From: Patescibacteria group bacterium | GTDB lineage: Bacteria > Patescibacteriota > Microgenomatia > UBA10105 > UBA927 | DNA length: 64,000 nucleotides | Direction of reading: 5' to 3' | NCBI GenBank assembly: GCA_035510735.1 | Contig: DATKGN010000010.1 | Span: 27,814 to 91,813, forward strand | Shown here: piece after piece, positions 9,824-18,638 of the stretch | Numbering within the stretch: the stretch's first letter is position 1 | How the letters are laid out: each line of letters opens with the position of its first letter | Position numbers and translations under genes: made by a program | Notes under the pieces: model-generated | What the model was told of the DNA's origin: nothing | Seen by the model: only the letters and a program-made list of their open reading frames with translations | The model's database searches: none

Positions 9824-10011
9824 TGATGCGTAGGTGGACCACCTTCATCACCCGCGAGTGCTGCCGCCAAGTCTTGTTCCTGCATCTGTAATTCACCTTC
9901 ACCGAGAAATGGTATTGCGAATAGCCAAAGGGTTAACAGCTTCGTAATCACATTGCCGGCAAGCGCTGCTGCTTCTTTAGCTTTTTCATAGGGCGCAATC
10001 GTTTCGCTCAT
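9820..10011 (-). CDS. small hypothetical membrane protein
   Basis: 63-aa ORF filling the gap between convergent genes, with a hydrophobic core. Weak. Confidence 0.25.
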   Translation of the reverse strand: MSETIAPYEKAKEAAALAGNVITKLLTLWLFAIPFLGEGELQMQEQDLAAALAGDEGGPPTHH

Positions 10012-10082
10012 GGGGTAATTATATCATTTAGCGCTTCATATTTGGTACTTTCTTGATCCTTACAGTATAATAACCATATTGT

Positions 10083-10646
10083 ATGAATGTTTACTTCACG
10101 GCCTCCATCGTCGGCAAGAAAGACTATTTATCAAACTACAAGAAAATTATTAACCTTTTAATGGCCCGCGGCTACACCGTCCAATCAGAACACATCCTGA
10201 ACGTCACGGAACCCGAGATTCATATGAAAACCCGTGAGGAAAGGCTCAAGTTCCATAAGAAGCTCGAAAACTGGATCCAGCACTGTGATTTTATGGTCGT
10301 CGAGAGCTCCTTCCCGAGTATCAGTGTCGGGTATGAGATTTCGCTTGCGCTCCAATACCGGAAGCCCGTCCTTATCCTCTATAGTGTCGGCGACCCGCCC
10401 AGCCTCTTCGCCTCTCACGCAGATGAAAAAGTCGTATGTGAAAAATATACACTGGATACAGTAGAAGAAACCATTAATGAATTTATCAATTTTGTCCACG
10501 GGGCGGCAGACACCCGTTTTACCTTTTTTATCACTCCGCAGATTGCCGCGTACCTTGACCGTATATCGGTCGCCGAGAAGATGCCGAAATCAGTGTATCT
10601 AAGGAAACTCATCGAGCACCACATTAAAGAACATCCCGCGAAATAG
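10083..10646 (+). CDS. nucleoside 2-deoxyribosyltransferase-like domain fused to a C-terminal ribbon-helix-helix-like tail
   Basis: N-terminal 'MNVYFTASIVGKKDY...CDFMVVESSFPSISVGYEISLALQYRKPVLILY' matches the NDT-like fold pattern. The C-terminal 'RFTFFITPQIAAYLDRISVAEKMPKSVYLRKLIEHHIKEH' is RHH-like. Confidence 0.45.
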   Translation: MNVYFTASIVGKKDYLSNYKKIINLLMARGYTVQSEHILNVTEPEIHMKTREERLKFHKKLENWIQHCDFMVVESSFPSISVGYEISLALQYRKPVLILYSVGDPPSLFASHADEKVVCEKYTLDTVEETINEFINFVHGAADTRFTFFITPQIAAYLDRISVAEKMPKSVYLRKLIEHHIKEHPAK

Positions 10647-10746
10647 CCTCAAAACATCCTAAAATCCCATATGTGCATCATGGTGATGTATAGGTTGTTT
10701 GTGATATGGCACTATACAATAAGTAAGATATCTCACAGACAAAAGT

Positions 10747-10980
10747 ATGGAACTGACTTACGATGCAATTAGTTTTCCGGCACAATTTATGAAAAAAACA
10801 CGATTATCACCGATAGCGTTTTTAAGTGGAGCCCTCTACAATAATGTCGTCCTGTGGCGGTCTACATTTTGGCATGTCTGGGAACCGCTTCGGTTCGATG
10901 AGAAACTCACGTGGATCGTATTTATCGGTCAGACCGTCGCCGTCATTACGCTTCTTGAATTTATTCTCTTCAAGAGATAG
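10747..10980 (+). CDS. small hypothetical membrane protein
   Basis: 77-aa ORF with two hydrophobic segments. Weak. Confidence 0.25.
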   Translation: MELTYDAISFPAQFMKKTRLSPIAFLSGALYNNVVLWRSTFWHVWEPLRFDEKLTWIVFIGQTVAVITLLEFILFKR

Positions 10981-11409
10981 CTCCAAAATGCCATATTGAC
11001 AACCAAAGATTCAGTGTACTACGATAACTATGCTCGTGTGGAGAACTTGAAGCTTATTTTTCTCTACAAGTTCAAAACAATTGAGGTATCCTGATAATTT
11101 CTATCAGGAGACAGGACTACGTGTCTTATTACCCGAGGGTACTAAGCCAGTCCATCCGATTTACGAATCGGGAAAAATACTTCAAGCCCACACAAGCGGA
11201 ATTATTTATTTGATTGGACATTTTCCCCTCTTCTCGTTCCCTTTTCACTCTCCGTTTGATACCCGAGTAGAACACTCGCCGTTCCCGATCCGTCAGCTGA
11301 CGGATTCGCGCCCGCCCGCCAGCGAGGCAGGTCACGGTGTCGTGTCTACAGGGCCCGGCAATTTATGTTCCACTCATCGAGTAAATTTGATACAATCTAT
11401 AAAACACTC

Positions 11410-11481
11410 GCCTCTCTAGCTCAATGGCAGAGCGACGGTTTTGTAAACCGCTGATAACAGTTCGATTCTGTTGAGAGGCTC
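11410..11481 (+). tRNA. tRNA-Thr (anticodon TGT)
   Basis: Cloverleaf: acceptor gcctctc/gagaggc, D-stem gctc/gagc, anticodon loop ttTGTaa, T-arm aacag-ttcgatt-ctgtt. CCA not encoded. Confidence 0.7.
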
Positions 11482-11498
11482 ATGTTCATCAATGAGGC

Positions 11499-11822
11499 TC
11501 ACTTGAAGTATTTCGAAAGCACCTCTTTTTCAAACGGCGTATCTTCAAATAACCGGTTAAATTCAAAAAACGCCTTTTCGTTTAAACGATAGGTGATAAG
11601 TCTGCCGCGCTGAAGCTTCAACACCCACCCGCCCAGATATAGCTGCTTCAAGTGATGGGAAACAAGATTTTCCGCGAGTCCCAAATGATCCGTTATTTCA
11701 TTGACTTCCATCGGCTCATGAGCCAATAAATAGAGAATAGCCAACCGGTGTGTGTGGGCAACCCCGTGGATCCGCCTCGCAAATGGTTTCACTTTTTCAC
11801 GCAATCGTGCCCGGGTCAACAT
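11499..11822 (-). CDS. ArsR/SmtB-family transcriptional regulator
   Basis: HTH 'HRLAILYLLAHEPMEVNEITDHLGLAENLVSHHLKQL'. Confidence 0.75.
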   Translation of the reverse strand: MLTRARLREKVKPFARRIHGVAHTHRLAILYLLAHEPMEVNEITDHLGLAENLVSHHLKQLYLGGWVLKLQRGRLITYRLNEKAFFEFNRLFEDTPFEKEVLSKYFK

Positions 11823-11835
11823 ATGAAAGTGAATA

Positions 11836-12150
11836 TTATTGAACTACCTGAATCGAATCAACGTAGAGTGTCGTTCCGGAATTCTGGCCGGTAGCTGCAA
11901 CTTTTTTACCCAGATATAGGTCTAAATTGACGGAATAAGAAGCGACTCCCCACGAATTTCCGTCACCGACGATAATATGGGTGAAATCGGCTCCGGCTAC
12001 TGTTGATTTGCTTAATATCCCGGTCCGCGTAATTTTTGCAGTCTGATAGACCGTACTTGCGGCTTCTTTACTGCCGAAATACCGAATAGCGAAATACCCG
12101 CCAACTGCAACAATGACGAGAAAAAGAATACCTACTAAAAATGCTTTCAT
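11836..12150 (-). CDS. hypothetical secreted/membrane-anchored protein
   Basis: N-terminal TM/signal 'MKAFLVGILFLVIVAVGGYFAI'. Upstream of ArsR. Confidence 0.5.
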   Translation of the reverse strand: MKAFLVGILFLVIVAVGGYFAIRYFGSKEAASTVYQTAKITRTGILSKSTVAGADFTHIIVGDGNSWGVASYSVNLDLYLGKKVAATGQNSGTTLYVDSIQVVQ

Positions 12151-12234
12151 ATATAGTCACTGTATAAAGATCCGCACACCTCGTCAAGGACATCGTATTC
12201 AAAGAAGTAAAAAACAGATATAATAGGCACCATA

Positions 12235-12285
12235 GCTGGGATGGCGGTCGCCTCATCGGTGACCCGCCGATGAGGCGGGAGTGGC
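12235..12285 (+). other. tRNA-Tyr 5' fragment interrupted by a perfect 11-bp hairpin
   Basis: 'gctgggatggcgg' (identical to the first 13 nt of the tRNA-Tyr at 12547) + hairpin 'cgcctcatcgg-tgaccc-gccgatgaggcg' + 'gcgggagtggcc' (compare tRNA 'gcggagtggtc'). Confidence 0.6.
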
Positions 12286-12291
12286 CAATGT

Positions 12292-12543
12292 ATGTACTAT
12301 GTCTATATACTCAGAAGTATTAAAGACGGTAAACTATATATTGGCAAAACACGTAATCTCAGAGATAGATTTAATAAACATGAGCAAGGCCAAGTAACTG
12401 CAACAAAAAATAGATTACCCGTGCAGTTAGTCTTTTATGAGGCATTTGTCAATAAAACGGACGCGGGACGAGAAGAATTATTTTATAAAAGCGGTTTTGG
12501 ACGTGAGGCATTACAAAGCAAATTATTGAACACACTAAAATAA
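12292..12543 (+). CDS. GIY-YIG nuclease superfamily protein (small stand-alone)
   Basis: 'MYYVYILRSIKDGKLYIGKTRNLRDRFNKH' contains the GIY...YIG motif. Confidence 0.75.
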   Translation: MYYVYILRSIKDGKLYIGKTRNLRDRFNKHEQGQVTATKNRLPVQLVFYEAFVNKTDAGREELFYKSGFGREALQSKLLNTLK

Positions 12544-12546
12544 CAA

Positions 12547-12631
12547 GCTGGGATGGCGGAGTGGTCAAACGCAACAGTCTGTAAAACTGTCGCCTTAACG
12601 GGCTACCTAGGTTCGAATCCTGGTCCCAGCA
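12547..12631 (+). tRNA. tRNA-Tyr (anticodon GTA), class II with long variable arm
   Basis: Acceptor gctggga/tcccagc, 3-bp D-stem, anticodon stem acagt/actgt with loop ctGTAaa, long variable arm, T-arm ctagg-ttcgaat-cctgg. Confidence 0.8.
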
Positions 12632-12864
12632 CCCTTCGACTCGCGCGGGCTCGCTCAGGGCAAGCGTACGAGTCGATAGTAAGACCAGAATGAGAAGTTG
12701 AGTCGTAATCGACGAAATCCTGAGCGTTTACCCTGAGTACTATCGAAGGAAAGTCGAAGGGAATCCTGGTCCGGAGCACTTTTCGACTCTCCGCCAATTG
12801 GCGGATCGTTCAGGGCAGGCTCATAAATTGACGAAGGATACGAATCTATACTATAGTAAGTTTC

Positions 12865-13833
12865 ATGGATCCAACTGTCCCATCTGACCCGACAAACATC
12901 GCTCCTCCGATTGATTCCACACCGGTAAAACCATTAGATCCTGTCATACCTTCCCAAATTAAACCCTCCTTTTTCGATAAAATCATTGCGCTTTTTATGC
13001 CACCGTTTACACCACAGAAGATATTGGCAATTGTGTTATGTGTCATTGTTGTTCTAAGTATAACCGGCGGACTATTCGTATTCGGCATGAGAGCGCAGTC
13101 AAAAAACGGTACCCCATCACAGGCTCCGGTCGCATTATCATCATCGCCAACACCGACAGACATCCCAACGGATACACCAACAGATGCAGTCGTACCGACG
13201 GACACCGATACACCAACTCCAACGATCGCCGTTTCACCGACGCCAACAGTGAACCCGATGCCGACATCTACAGGAACACCTACTCCAACACCGACACCAA
13301 GTACTCAAACGCAGACGATTACATCGCAGGCATCACTGGATGGCTATGAGTCAAGCGACGGAAGCGGCAGCACGACGGGAGATATTCAGGCGGGAAGAAA
13401 TAATGCGCTGACTATGAGGGGTTTTGTCAGTTTCCCGTTAAATTCAATTCCCACAGGCGTCACCATTGATCAGGCAACGATCCGGCTATACCAAAAGAGT
13501 GTTGATGGTAATCCATACAGTGCTTTAGGCAATCTGGTATTAGACCATCTGAATTATGCAACACTTGATAATTCAGACTATGACAATAGCTCAGAGATTA
13601 TTTTATCCAACTTCGCAACACTCAGTTCTTCGGCCGCAACGGGAGAATGGCGGGAAGCCGATGTATCGGATAGGGTTAGAGATGATATAACAAACCATAG
13701 AAGTAACTCACAATACCGATTGCGCTTCTCAACGGAAACTGTCGGCGGCGGAGGAAGTGGAGACTTTGCACATTTTGAAGCAGCAGATACCGGATCAAAT
13801 ACTATTCCACAACTCTTCATCCGTTATCATTAA
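12865..13833 (+). CDS. secreted Pro/Thr-linker protein with C-terminal DNRLRE-like beta domain
   Basis: TM/signal, long 'PTPTDIPTDTPTD...TPTPTPTPS' linker, then 'LDGYESSDGSGSTTGDIQAGRNNALTMRGFVSFPLNSIPTGVTIDQATIRLYQ', which resembles the DNRLRE domain. Confidence 0.45.
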   Translation: MDPTVPSDPTNIAPPIDSTPVKPLDPVIPSQIKPSFFDKIIALFMPPFTPQKILAIVLCVIVVLSITGGLFVFGMRAQSKNGTPSQAPVALSSSPTPTDIPTDTPTDAVVPTDTDTPTPTIAVSPTPTVNPMPTSTGTPTPTPTPSTQTQTITSQASLDGYESSDGSGSTTGDIQAGRNNALTMRGFVSFPLNSIPTGVTIDQATIRLYQKSVDGNPYSALGNLVLDHLNYATLDNSDYDNSSEIILSNFATLSSSAATGEWREADVSDRVRDDITNHRSNSQYRLRFSTETVGGGGSGDFAHFEAADTGSNTIPQLFIRYH

Positions 13834-14027
13834 ATTCTCTGAACTTTCGACTTTTATTTTTCATATACACTTATGTCGAGAGTCCTCATTATTAGCCTAT
13901 ACATCAATGTAATTTACATTACAAAAACTTCGAAAAATCATCAATAAATCATAAAATATTTTCTGCCCACGACCCCCTCATTTTACCCTATTGCATTTCT
14001 ATAAAATAGTGTTTATATTATGGTTAT

Positions 14028-14531
14028 ATGGAAGAAGAAACAATGGAAAACTCAACCAGCAGCAGTAGTTCTATGTATTATGTATTGGGTGCTATCGTTC
14101 TTGTCGCAGTCATCGGGGCAGGCTATATGCTGAGACCGAAAACTGACACTTCAACATCAGCCCCTGTTGCTATGACACCGGCACCGACGCCGACACCGGG
14201 TCCGATTACACGGCTTGCATGTGATACGCAATATTACAATCCGGTTCTCGGATTTCCGAAATACTACCTCTCTGCACAGGGAGGCGATGTGACCGGTGCG
14301 ACAAAAGTTGACTGTGCGATGACAATGATACAGGAAAATAAAGTCGTAGCTACTCAGACAATCACGTCACCGTTGACGGCAAATCCGGCACGGGGCGGAA
14401 GTGAATTTAAGTGTACGACACCGGGTGTTGAGCTTAAACCGACAGTTCCTACCAAAGTTGACGTCGTATTGACGGATGACCAGGGAGCAAAAGCAACATG
14501 CAGCGCGTCATTCTCGCTGCCTAAATCATAA
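14028..14531 (+). CDS. small secreted protein with TM anchor and PT linker
   Basis: 'YYVLGAIVLVAVIGAGYML' TM helix, 'PAPTPTPGP' linker and a Cys-containing C-terminal domain. Confidence 0.5.
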   Translation: MEEETMENSTSSSSSMYYVLGAIVLVAVIGAGYMLRPKTDTSTSAPVAMTPAPTPTPGPITRLACDTQYYNPVLGFPKYYLSAQGGDVTGATKVDCAMTMIQENKVVATQTITSPLTANPARGGSEFKCTTPGVELKPTVPTKVDVVLTDDQGAKATCSASFSLPKS

Positions 14532-14546
14532 ATCTATTTGAAACTA

Positions 14547-14580
14547 TAAAAAACCGCGGGATTAGCCGCGGTTTTTTTTG
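14547..14580 (+). terminator. rho-independent terminator
   Basis: 'aaaaaccgcggg-atta-gccgcggtttttttt'. Confidence 0.65.
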
Positions 14581-14589
14581 ACATTTTGG

Positions 14590-14660
14590 ATGTCATTGCG
14601 AGACCGTTCATACGCCTGCCTGCGCAGGCAAGGAGAAGCAATCTCTCAAAGAGAATGCAC
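14590..14660. repeat. TGTCAT-element (partial copy)
   Basis: 'tgtcattgcgagaccgttcatacgcctgcctgcgcaggcaaggagaagcaatctc'. Shares the 'tgtcattgcgag' and 'gaagcaatc' blocks. Confidence 0.55.
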
Positions 14661-14705
14661 ATCAACATCGAGAAAAACGTAAGAAATCAGGAAGAATCCC
14701 GGAGT

Positions 14706-15692
14706 TTATTTTAAATACTTAGTGTAAAATGCAACATCGCGGGCGACAACCGTATTCCAGGATCCTGTCATATCATGATCAGCGCCGGAATAGGTATAAT
14801 ACGTAACATCCTTCCCCTTCCCTTTCAGTTGGCTTGCAAGCGCGTCACTCCAAGCCAAAGGAACTGCATTGTCAGCTGTCCCCTGATGAAGTTGAATAGG
14901 TCCTTGGACCCTGTCGAGGTAATTGGTTAGCGAAAATAATTCAACGTCATAGAGTTTTTCAAACGCTGCCAACTCTTTGCGTAATAATTTTCCGTGATCA
15001 TCGGCGTCATCCGTGTAATATAAAATGGAATACGGAAATGGTTTTGAAACCGGTGCCCATAGCACTAGGGGATACGGTTTAGCTACTATTTCTGAAACGG
15101 TAAGAGCGATATGACCGCCGTTACTGTGGCCCCAGACACCCACACGCGATGCGTCTACCATTGACAGTGATCCCACTGAAACCAAGAGATTGACTGCAGT
15201 CGTATACGTTTGAAACCGCTCCTCAAACACATCGCCTGATGGTTTGTCCGATCCTCCGAATCCCAAAAAATCAGGAGCCAGCGTTATAAATCCGTTTTGT
15301 GCATATACCTCTGCACTATGCGCTGTCCCATCTCCCGAAAAATAATTTGCCGGATCTATAAAACCGCGGTACTCTACGATCACCGGTTTTTTATTGACTG
15401 GGGAAGCGTCGTTCGGAATATGTGCAACACCCGTTACTTTGAGCCCGTCACTTATATAATGGAAGGCGTATACGGTATAGGCTGATGTTGTCGCGGTGGC
15501 ACCATCAAGAATAATTTGCGTCGGAACATATTGCCGCCTACTGAGATTTTCTATCGTATATTTGAGAAGCGGCTTCGGCGTTACCATCCCAAGCGGCGAG
15601 AGGATTCCTGAAGATATAGCACGATTCCCGATGTAATATCCCGCCCCGAACGCAACACAAACAGAAATGACGAGGATAACGATCCATTTCAT
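14706..15692 (-). CDS. alpha/beta hydrolase (S9/dienelactone-hydrolase-like), secreted
   Basis: N-terminal TM, nucleophile elbow 'GVWGHSNGGHIAL' (GxSxG). Confidence 0.7.
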   Translation of the reverse strand: MKWIVILVISVCVAFGAGYYIGNRAISSGILSPLGMVTPKPLLKYTIENLSRRQYVPTQIILDGATATTSAYTVYAFHYISDGLKVTGVAHIPNDASPVNKKPVIVEYRGFIDPANYFSGDGTAHSAEVYAQNGFITLAPDFLGFGGSDKPSGDVFEERFQTYTTAVNLLVSVGSLSMVDASRVGVWGHSNGGHIALTVSEIVAKPYPLVLWAPVSKPFPYSILYYTDDADDHGKLLRKELAAFEKLYDVELFSLTNYLDRVQGPIQLHQGTADNAVPLAWSDALASQLKGKGKDVTYYTYSGADHDMTGSWNTVVARDVAFYTKYLK

Positions 15693-15862
15693 GCGATTAA
15701 GTGTATCACGCTTCTGTCGTCATTGCCTCTTCTCTCTCGAATTTGATAGAATCGAAGAATCACGCCGGAGATGGCTCCCACCTTCGTGATGACTTCCGCC
15801 TTCGCTGAAGCTTCGGTGGACAAGTCGGTGGGCGGCAGTGGTAAAATGTTTCTTTATAAGCA

Positions 15863-15890
15863 CAGATAGCTCAGTGGTAGGGCGAGTTCC
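15863..15890 (+). other. truncated 5' half of a tRNA-Thr (pseudo-tRNA fragment)
   Basis: 'agatagctcagtggtagggcgagttc' closely matches 'ggatggctcagtggtagagcgagttc' of the intact tRNA-Thr 30 nt downstream. Confidence 0.45.
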
Positions 15891-15921
15891 GGTGCCGTAA
15901 TCTAAGCCGTGTAAAAAATAC

Positions 15922-15993
15922 GCCTGGATGGCTCAGTGGTAGAGCGAGTTCTTGGTAAGAACTAGGTCGGGGGTCCAATTCCCCCTCCAGGCT
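15922..15993 (+). tRNA. tRNA-Thr (anticodon GGT)
   Basis: Acceptor gcctgga/tccaggc, D-arm gctc-agtggta-gagc, anticodon stem agttc/gaact with loop ttGGTaa, T-arm ggggg-tccaatt-ccccc. Confidence 0.8.
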
Positions 15994-15995
15994 CA

Positions 15996-16110
15996 AGAGC
16001 TTACGCGGCGAGATTACGGGATAATACCTAGATCGAGGGTCCCCCGCCTGCCAATCGCCTTCGGCGATAACCGATGGCGGGCAGGGATTCCTGCCTCAAC
16101 GCTTGCCTCA
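15996..16110. repeat. tRNA-associated element (copy 1)
   Basis: 'agagcttacgc...ccccgcctgcc...ggcgggcaggga', shared with the segment downstream of tRNA-Trp. Confidence 0.5.
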
Positions 16111-16253
16111 TCGCGATCCGGTTCAAAAAAATTCTCCCAAAAACCACTCGTGTTGCCATCTAGTCCATAAATATGTAACTATGGATATATACCCTTCACA
16201 ATTCTAAATTGTTTCGGGTATAACTCCTTCTCATCCAAATCCGCAAGGAGGAT

Positions 16254-17186
16254 TTGGAAAGAAGCGTATATATGAGTTTATTCTCATTTTTTATTGGCGT
16301 GGTGTTTGCGGCAGAGATGGTGATTTCCCCGCTGGCTGACAGCGTTTCACCAATATCGACAAATACAGCGAAGCCAACAATCTCATTCGGAAACCTTCTG
16401 AGTTACAAATCATCAATATCGGAAAATGTTTTAGGAGCATCCGTCGAAGCTTCGCCAACCGCAACGCCCGCCGAAGCTTCAGCGCAGGAGGGAACGCCAA
16501 CCCCTATTTCATACCATGCACGGAAAAGCCATTATACGATTGCGCTCCTCGGCGATTCGATGATAGATACGTTAGGGCCTGACGCTCCCCAATTAAAGGA
16601 TAAATTACACGTACTTTTTCCTGTGACAACATTCAAAATACTTAATTACGGCGTCGGAGGAACCAATATCGATTACGGGCTCGAGCGTCTCACGAATGCC
16701 TACACCTATCTCGGAAACAACATCCCGTCTCTTATATCAACAAATCCCGACGTCGTCGTCGTCGAGTCATTCGGGTATAACCCATATCCGTATGATGCAG
16801 GAGCCTTAGATCACCATTGGCTGCAGCTTGCGGCGATCGTCCAAACGGTTAAGACCGATATCCCGGGCGTGAAGATAATCATAGCGGCAACTATCGCACC
16901 TAACAGCCAGGTATTCGGTGACGGAGCACCGGGGATTTCCTTTGCCCCGGATGATAAAATCAGAAGAACTTCGACCATAAAACAATATCTTGATTCAACG
17001 GTAAAGTTTGCGCTTAGCCAACATCTGCCGCTTGCGGATGTGTTTCATGCAAGTATCGACAGAAACGGAGACGGCCTTCTCATGTATATTAATCCCGGCG
17101 ATCACATTCATTATTCTGATGCCGGACGCACGCTTTTTGCCCAAATTCTTGCAGGTACCATTATCGATAACCATATACTCGAATAA
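16254..17186 (+). CDS. secreted SGNH/GDSL-family hydrolase
   Basis: Signal/TM, block I 'IALLGDSMIDT', block II 'GVGGTN', block V 'DHIHYSDAG'. Confidence 0.65.
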   Translation: MERSVYMSLFSFFIGVVFAAEMVISPLADSVSPISTNTAKPTISFGNLLSYKSSISENVLGASVEASPTATPAEASAQEGTPTPISYHARKSHYTIALLGDSMIDTLGPDAPQLKDKLHVLFPVTTFKILNYGVGGTNIDYGLERLTNAYTYLGNNIPSLISTNPDVVVVESFGYNPYPYDAGALDHHWLQLAAIVQTVKTDIPGVKIIIAATIAPNSQVFGDGAPGISFAPDDKIRRTSTIKQYLDSTVKFALSQHLPLADVFHASIDRNGDGLLMYINPGDHIHYSDAGRTLFAQILAGTIIDNHILE

Positions 17187-17230
17187 TAAACCCCTTGGCG
17201 GGAACGCTCGAATGCGATATAATTGTTTTT

Positions 17231-17302
17231 GAGAGATTAGAGCTTAGGGTTTAGAGCTTAGTAAATTTCTTACTAAACTCTAATGCGCTAAACACTATAC
17301 TC
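17231..17302. repeat. TAGAG/CTCTA palindromic element (copy 2)
   Basis: 'gagagattagagcttagggtttagagcttag...ctaaactctaatgcgctaaacactatactc'. Confidence 0.6.
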
Positions 17303-17310
17303 TATTTTAT

Positions 17311-17484
17311 ATGGCCAAGAAAGATCAACGGGAACTGCTTGCACTCATCTGCACTGTATGTAAATCCCAGAACTATATTACAAAGAGGAATAAGATCAAT
17401 ACGCCGGAAAAACTGGTGCTTCAAAAGTATTGTCCTCACTGCCGAAAACATACACAACACAAAGAGACGAGTAAGTTGGATTAA
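17311..17484 (+). CDS. rpmG: 50S ribosomal protein L33
   Basis: 57-aa ORF 'MAKKDQRELLALICTVCKSQNYITKRNKINTPEKLVLQKYCPHCRKHTQHKETSKLD', the canonical L33 CxxC...CxxC zinc ribbon. Too short to appear in the ORF track. Confidence 0.8.
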   Translation: MAKKDQRELLALICTVCKSQNYITKRNKINTPEKLVLQKYCPHCRKHTQHKETSKLD

Positions 17485-17520
17485 AAGAGCTTAGGGAATT
17501 AGGGTATTAGAGTTTAGGAA
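17485..17520. repeat. TAGAG/CTCTA palindromic element (copy 3, short)
   Basis: 'aaaagagcttagggaattagggtattagagtttaggaat'. Confidence 0.5.
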
Positions 17521-17521
17521 T

Positions 17522-17896
17522 ATGGAAAAGTCCGTATTTAACTTCGAGAGACTCACGGTATACCAACGTGCATTAGCATTCGCCTTGAACATTTATTCAC
17601 GTACACAAAAATGGCCGCGGGAACATCTTTTTGGTTTAACAGATCAACTAAGAAGAGCATCTTTATCCATTCCGTTAAATATCGCTGAGGGGTATAGTAG
17701 GTCGCGAAAAGACTTTCAGCATTTTTTGACTCTATCACGGGGATCCTGTTTTGAATGTGTTCCGATAATAAAACTAGCGGAGTCTCTCACTTTGCTTACT
17801 TCAAAAGAAGCTGATATGTTTTATAATGAATTAGAGGAAATTGCTAAGATGCTTAGTGGACTACGGAGTTCGCTATTGAAACAACCTAAACTCTAA
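17522..17896 (+). CDS. four-helix-bundle protein (23S rRNA IVS protein family)
   Basis: 'DQLRRASLSIPLNIAEGYSRSRKDFQHFLTLSRGSCFEC'. Bracketed by TAGAG-family repeats on both sides. Confidence 0.8.
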   Translation: MEKSVFNFERLTVYQRALAFALNIYSRTQKWPREHLFGLTDQLRRASLSIPLNIAEGYSRSRKDFQHFLTLSRGSCFECVPIIKLAESLTLLTSKEADMFYNELEEIAKMLSGLRSSLLKQPKL

Positions 17897-17935
17897 AACC
17901 CTAAGCTCTAATCTCTAATGCTCTAAACTCTAACT
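17897..17935. repeat. TAGAG/CTCTA palindromic element (copy 4, short)
   Basis: 'aaccctaagctctaatctctaatgctctaaactctaact'. Confidence 0.5.
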
Positions 17936-18457
17936 ATGCATCGTAATACGTATTTTGTCGTGACGTTCTTAGCGGTTTTTGCCGCACTGGTAGTCGGAGT
18001 TAACATCGGGAAGAAATTCACGGGTCAAAATGCCCCGCCAATCCAACCTTCTCCCACCGCTTCACCCACACTTGCATCTATCCCATTATCTACTTATACA
18101 AATTCTGAGTGCGGCGCTACGTTAGAATTTCCAAGCACCCTTACGAAGCTTGAAGACGGCTCAGGAAGCGCAGTCCTTGTCAACCAGACCGATACAAAAC
18201 AATCCATTCTTATCACCTGCCAGGATAGTATCCCGCGGCCGCCCTTAGATTCAAATAAAATTGTGCAGGCGTTCGTACCGTATTCAACCGGCACCGGAAG
18301 CGTCGCGGCAACGCTCTATCACGACAGTTCGGCAAAAGACGGAACACCGGTCGACGACTTTATCGTCCGGATTCCGAAAACAACATTGGATTTTTATCTC
18401 TCAGGATTCGGCACCGCCTTCGATGACGTTGTGAAATCTATTCGACTCACCCACTAA
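17936..18457 (+). CDS. hypothetical membrane-anchored secreted protein
   Basis: TM 'YFVVTFLAVFAALVVGV', Pro-rich linker, no catalytic motif. Confidence 0.5.
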   Translation: MHRNTYFVVTFLAVFAALVVGVNIGKKFTGQNAPPIQPSPTASPTLASIPLSTYTNSECGATLEFPSTLTKLEDGSGSAVLVNQTDTKQSILITCQDSIPRPPLDSNKIVQAFVPYSTGTGSVAATLYHDSSAKDGTPVDDFIVRIPKTTLDFYLSGFGTAFDDVVKSIRLTH

Positions 18458-18568
18458 CCTCTTTTTATCACCGCATTAGCATTAAAACAGACTGGAAAAC
18501 GTTAAAACAATTCGGGTGTTCGTATCACGGTTTAATTAAACAGCTGAAACTGATAAAATAGGTCCATT

Positions 18569-18638
18569 AGGGCCATGATGCAATGGTAGCATGAGGGTCT
18601 CCAAAACCCTTCATCCAGGTTCAAGTCCTGGTGGCCCT
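18569..18638 (+). tRNA. tRNA-Trp (anticodon CCA)
   Basis: Acceptor agggcca/tggccct, D-arm atgc-aatggta-gcat, anticodon stem agggt/accct with loop ctCCAaa, T-arm ccagg-ttcaagt-cctgg. Confidence 0.8.

Noticed and set aside
12235-12631. A tRNA-Tyr interrupted by an intron carrying the GIY-YIG ORF
   Set aside because: The downstream tRNA-Tyr (12547-12631) is complete and colinear. The upstream piece is only a 5' fragment, so this is a duplication or insertion scar rather than a split gene. An intron fold cannot be excluded without a covariance scan.
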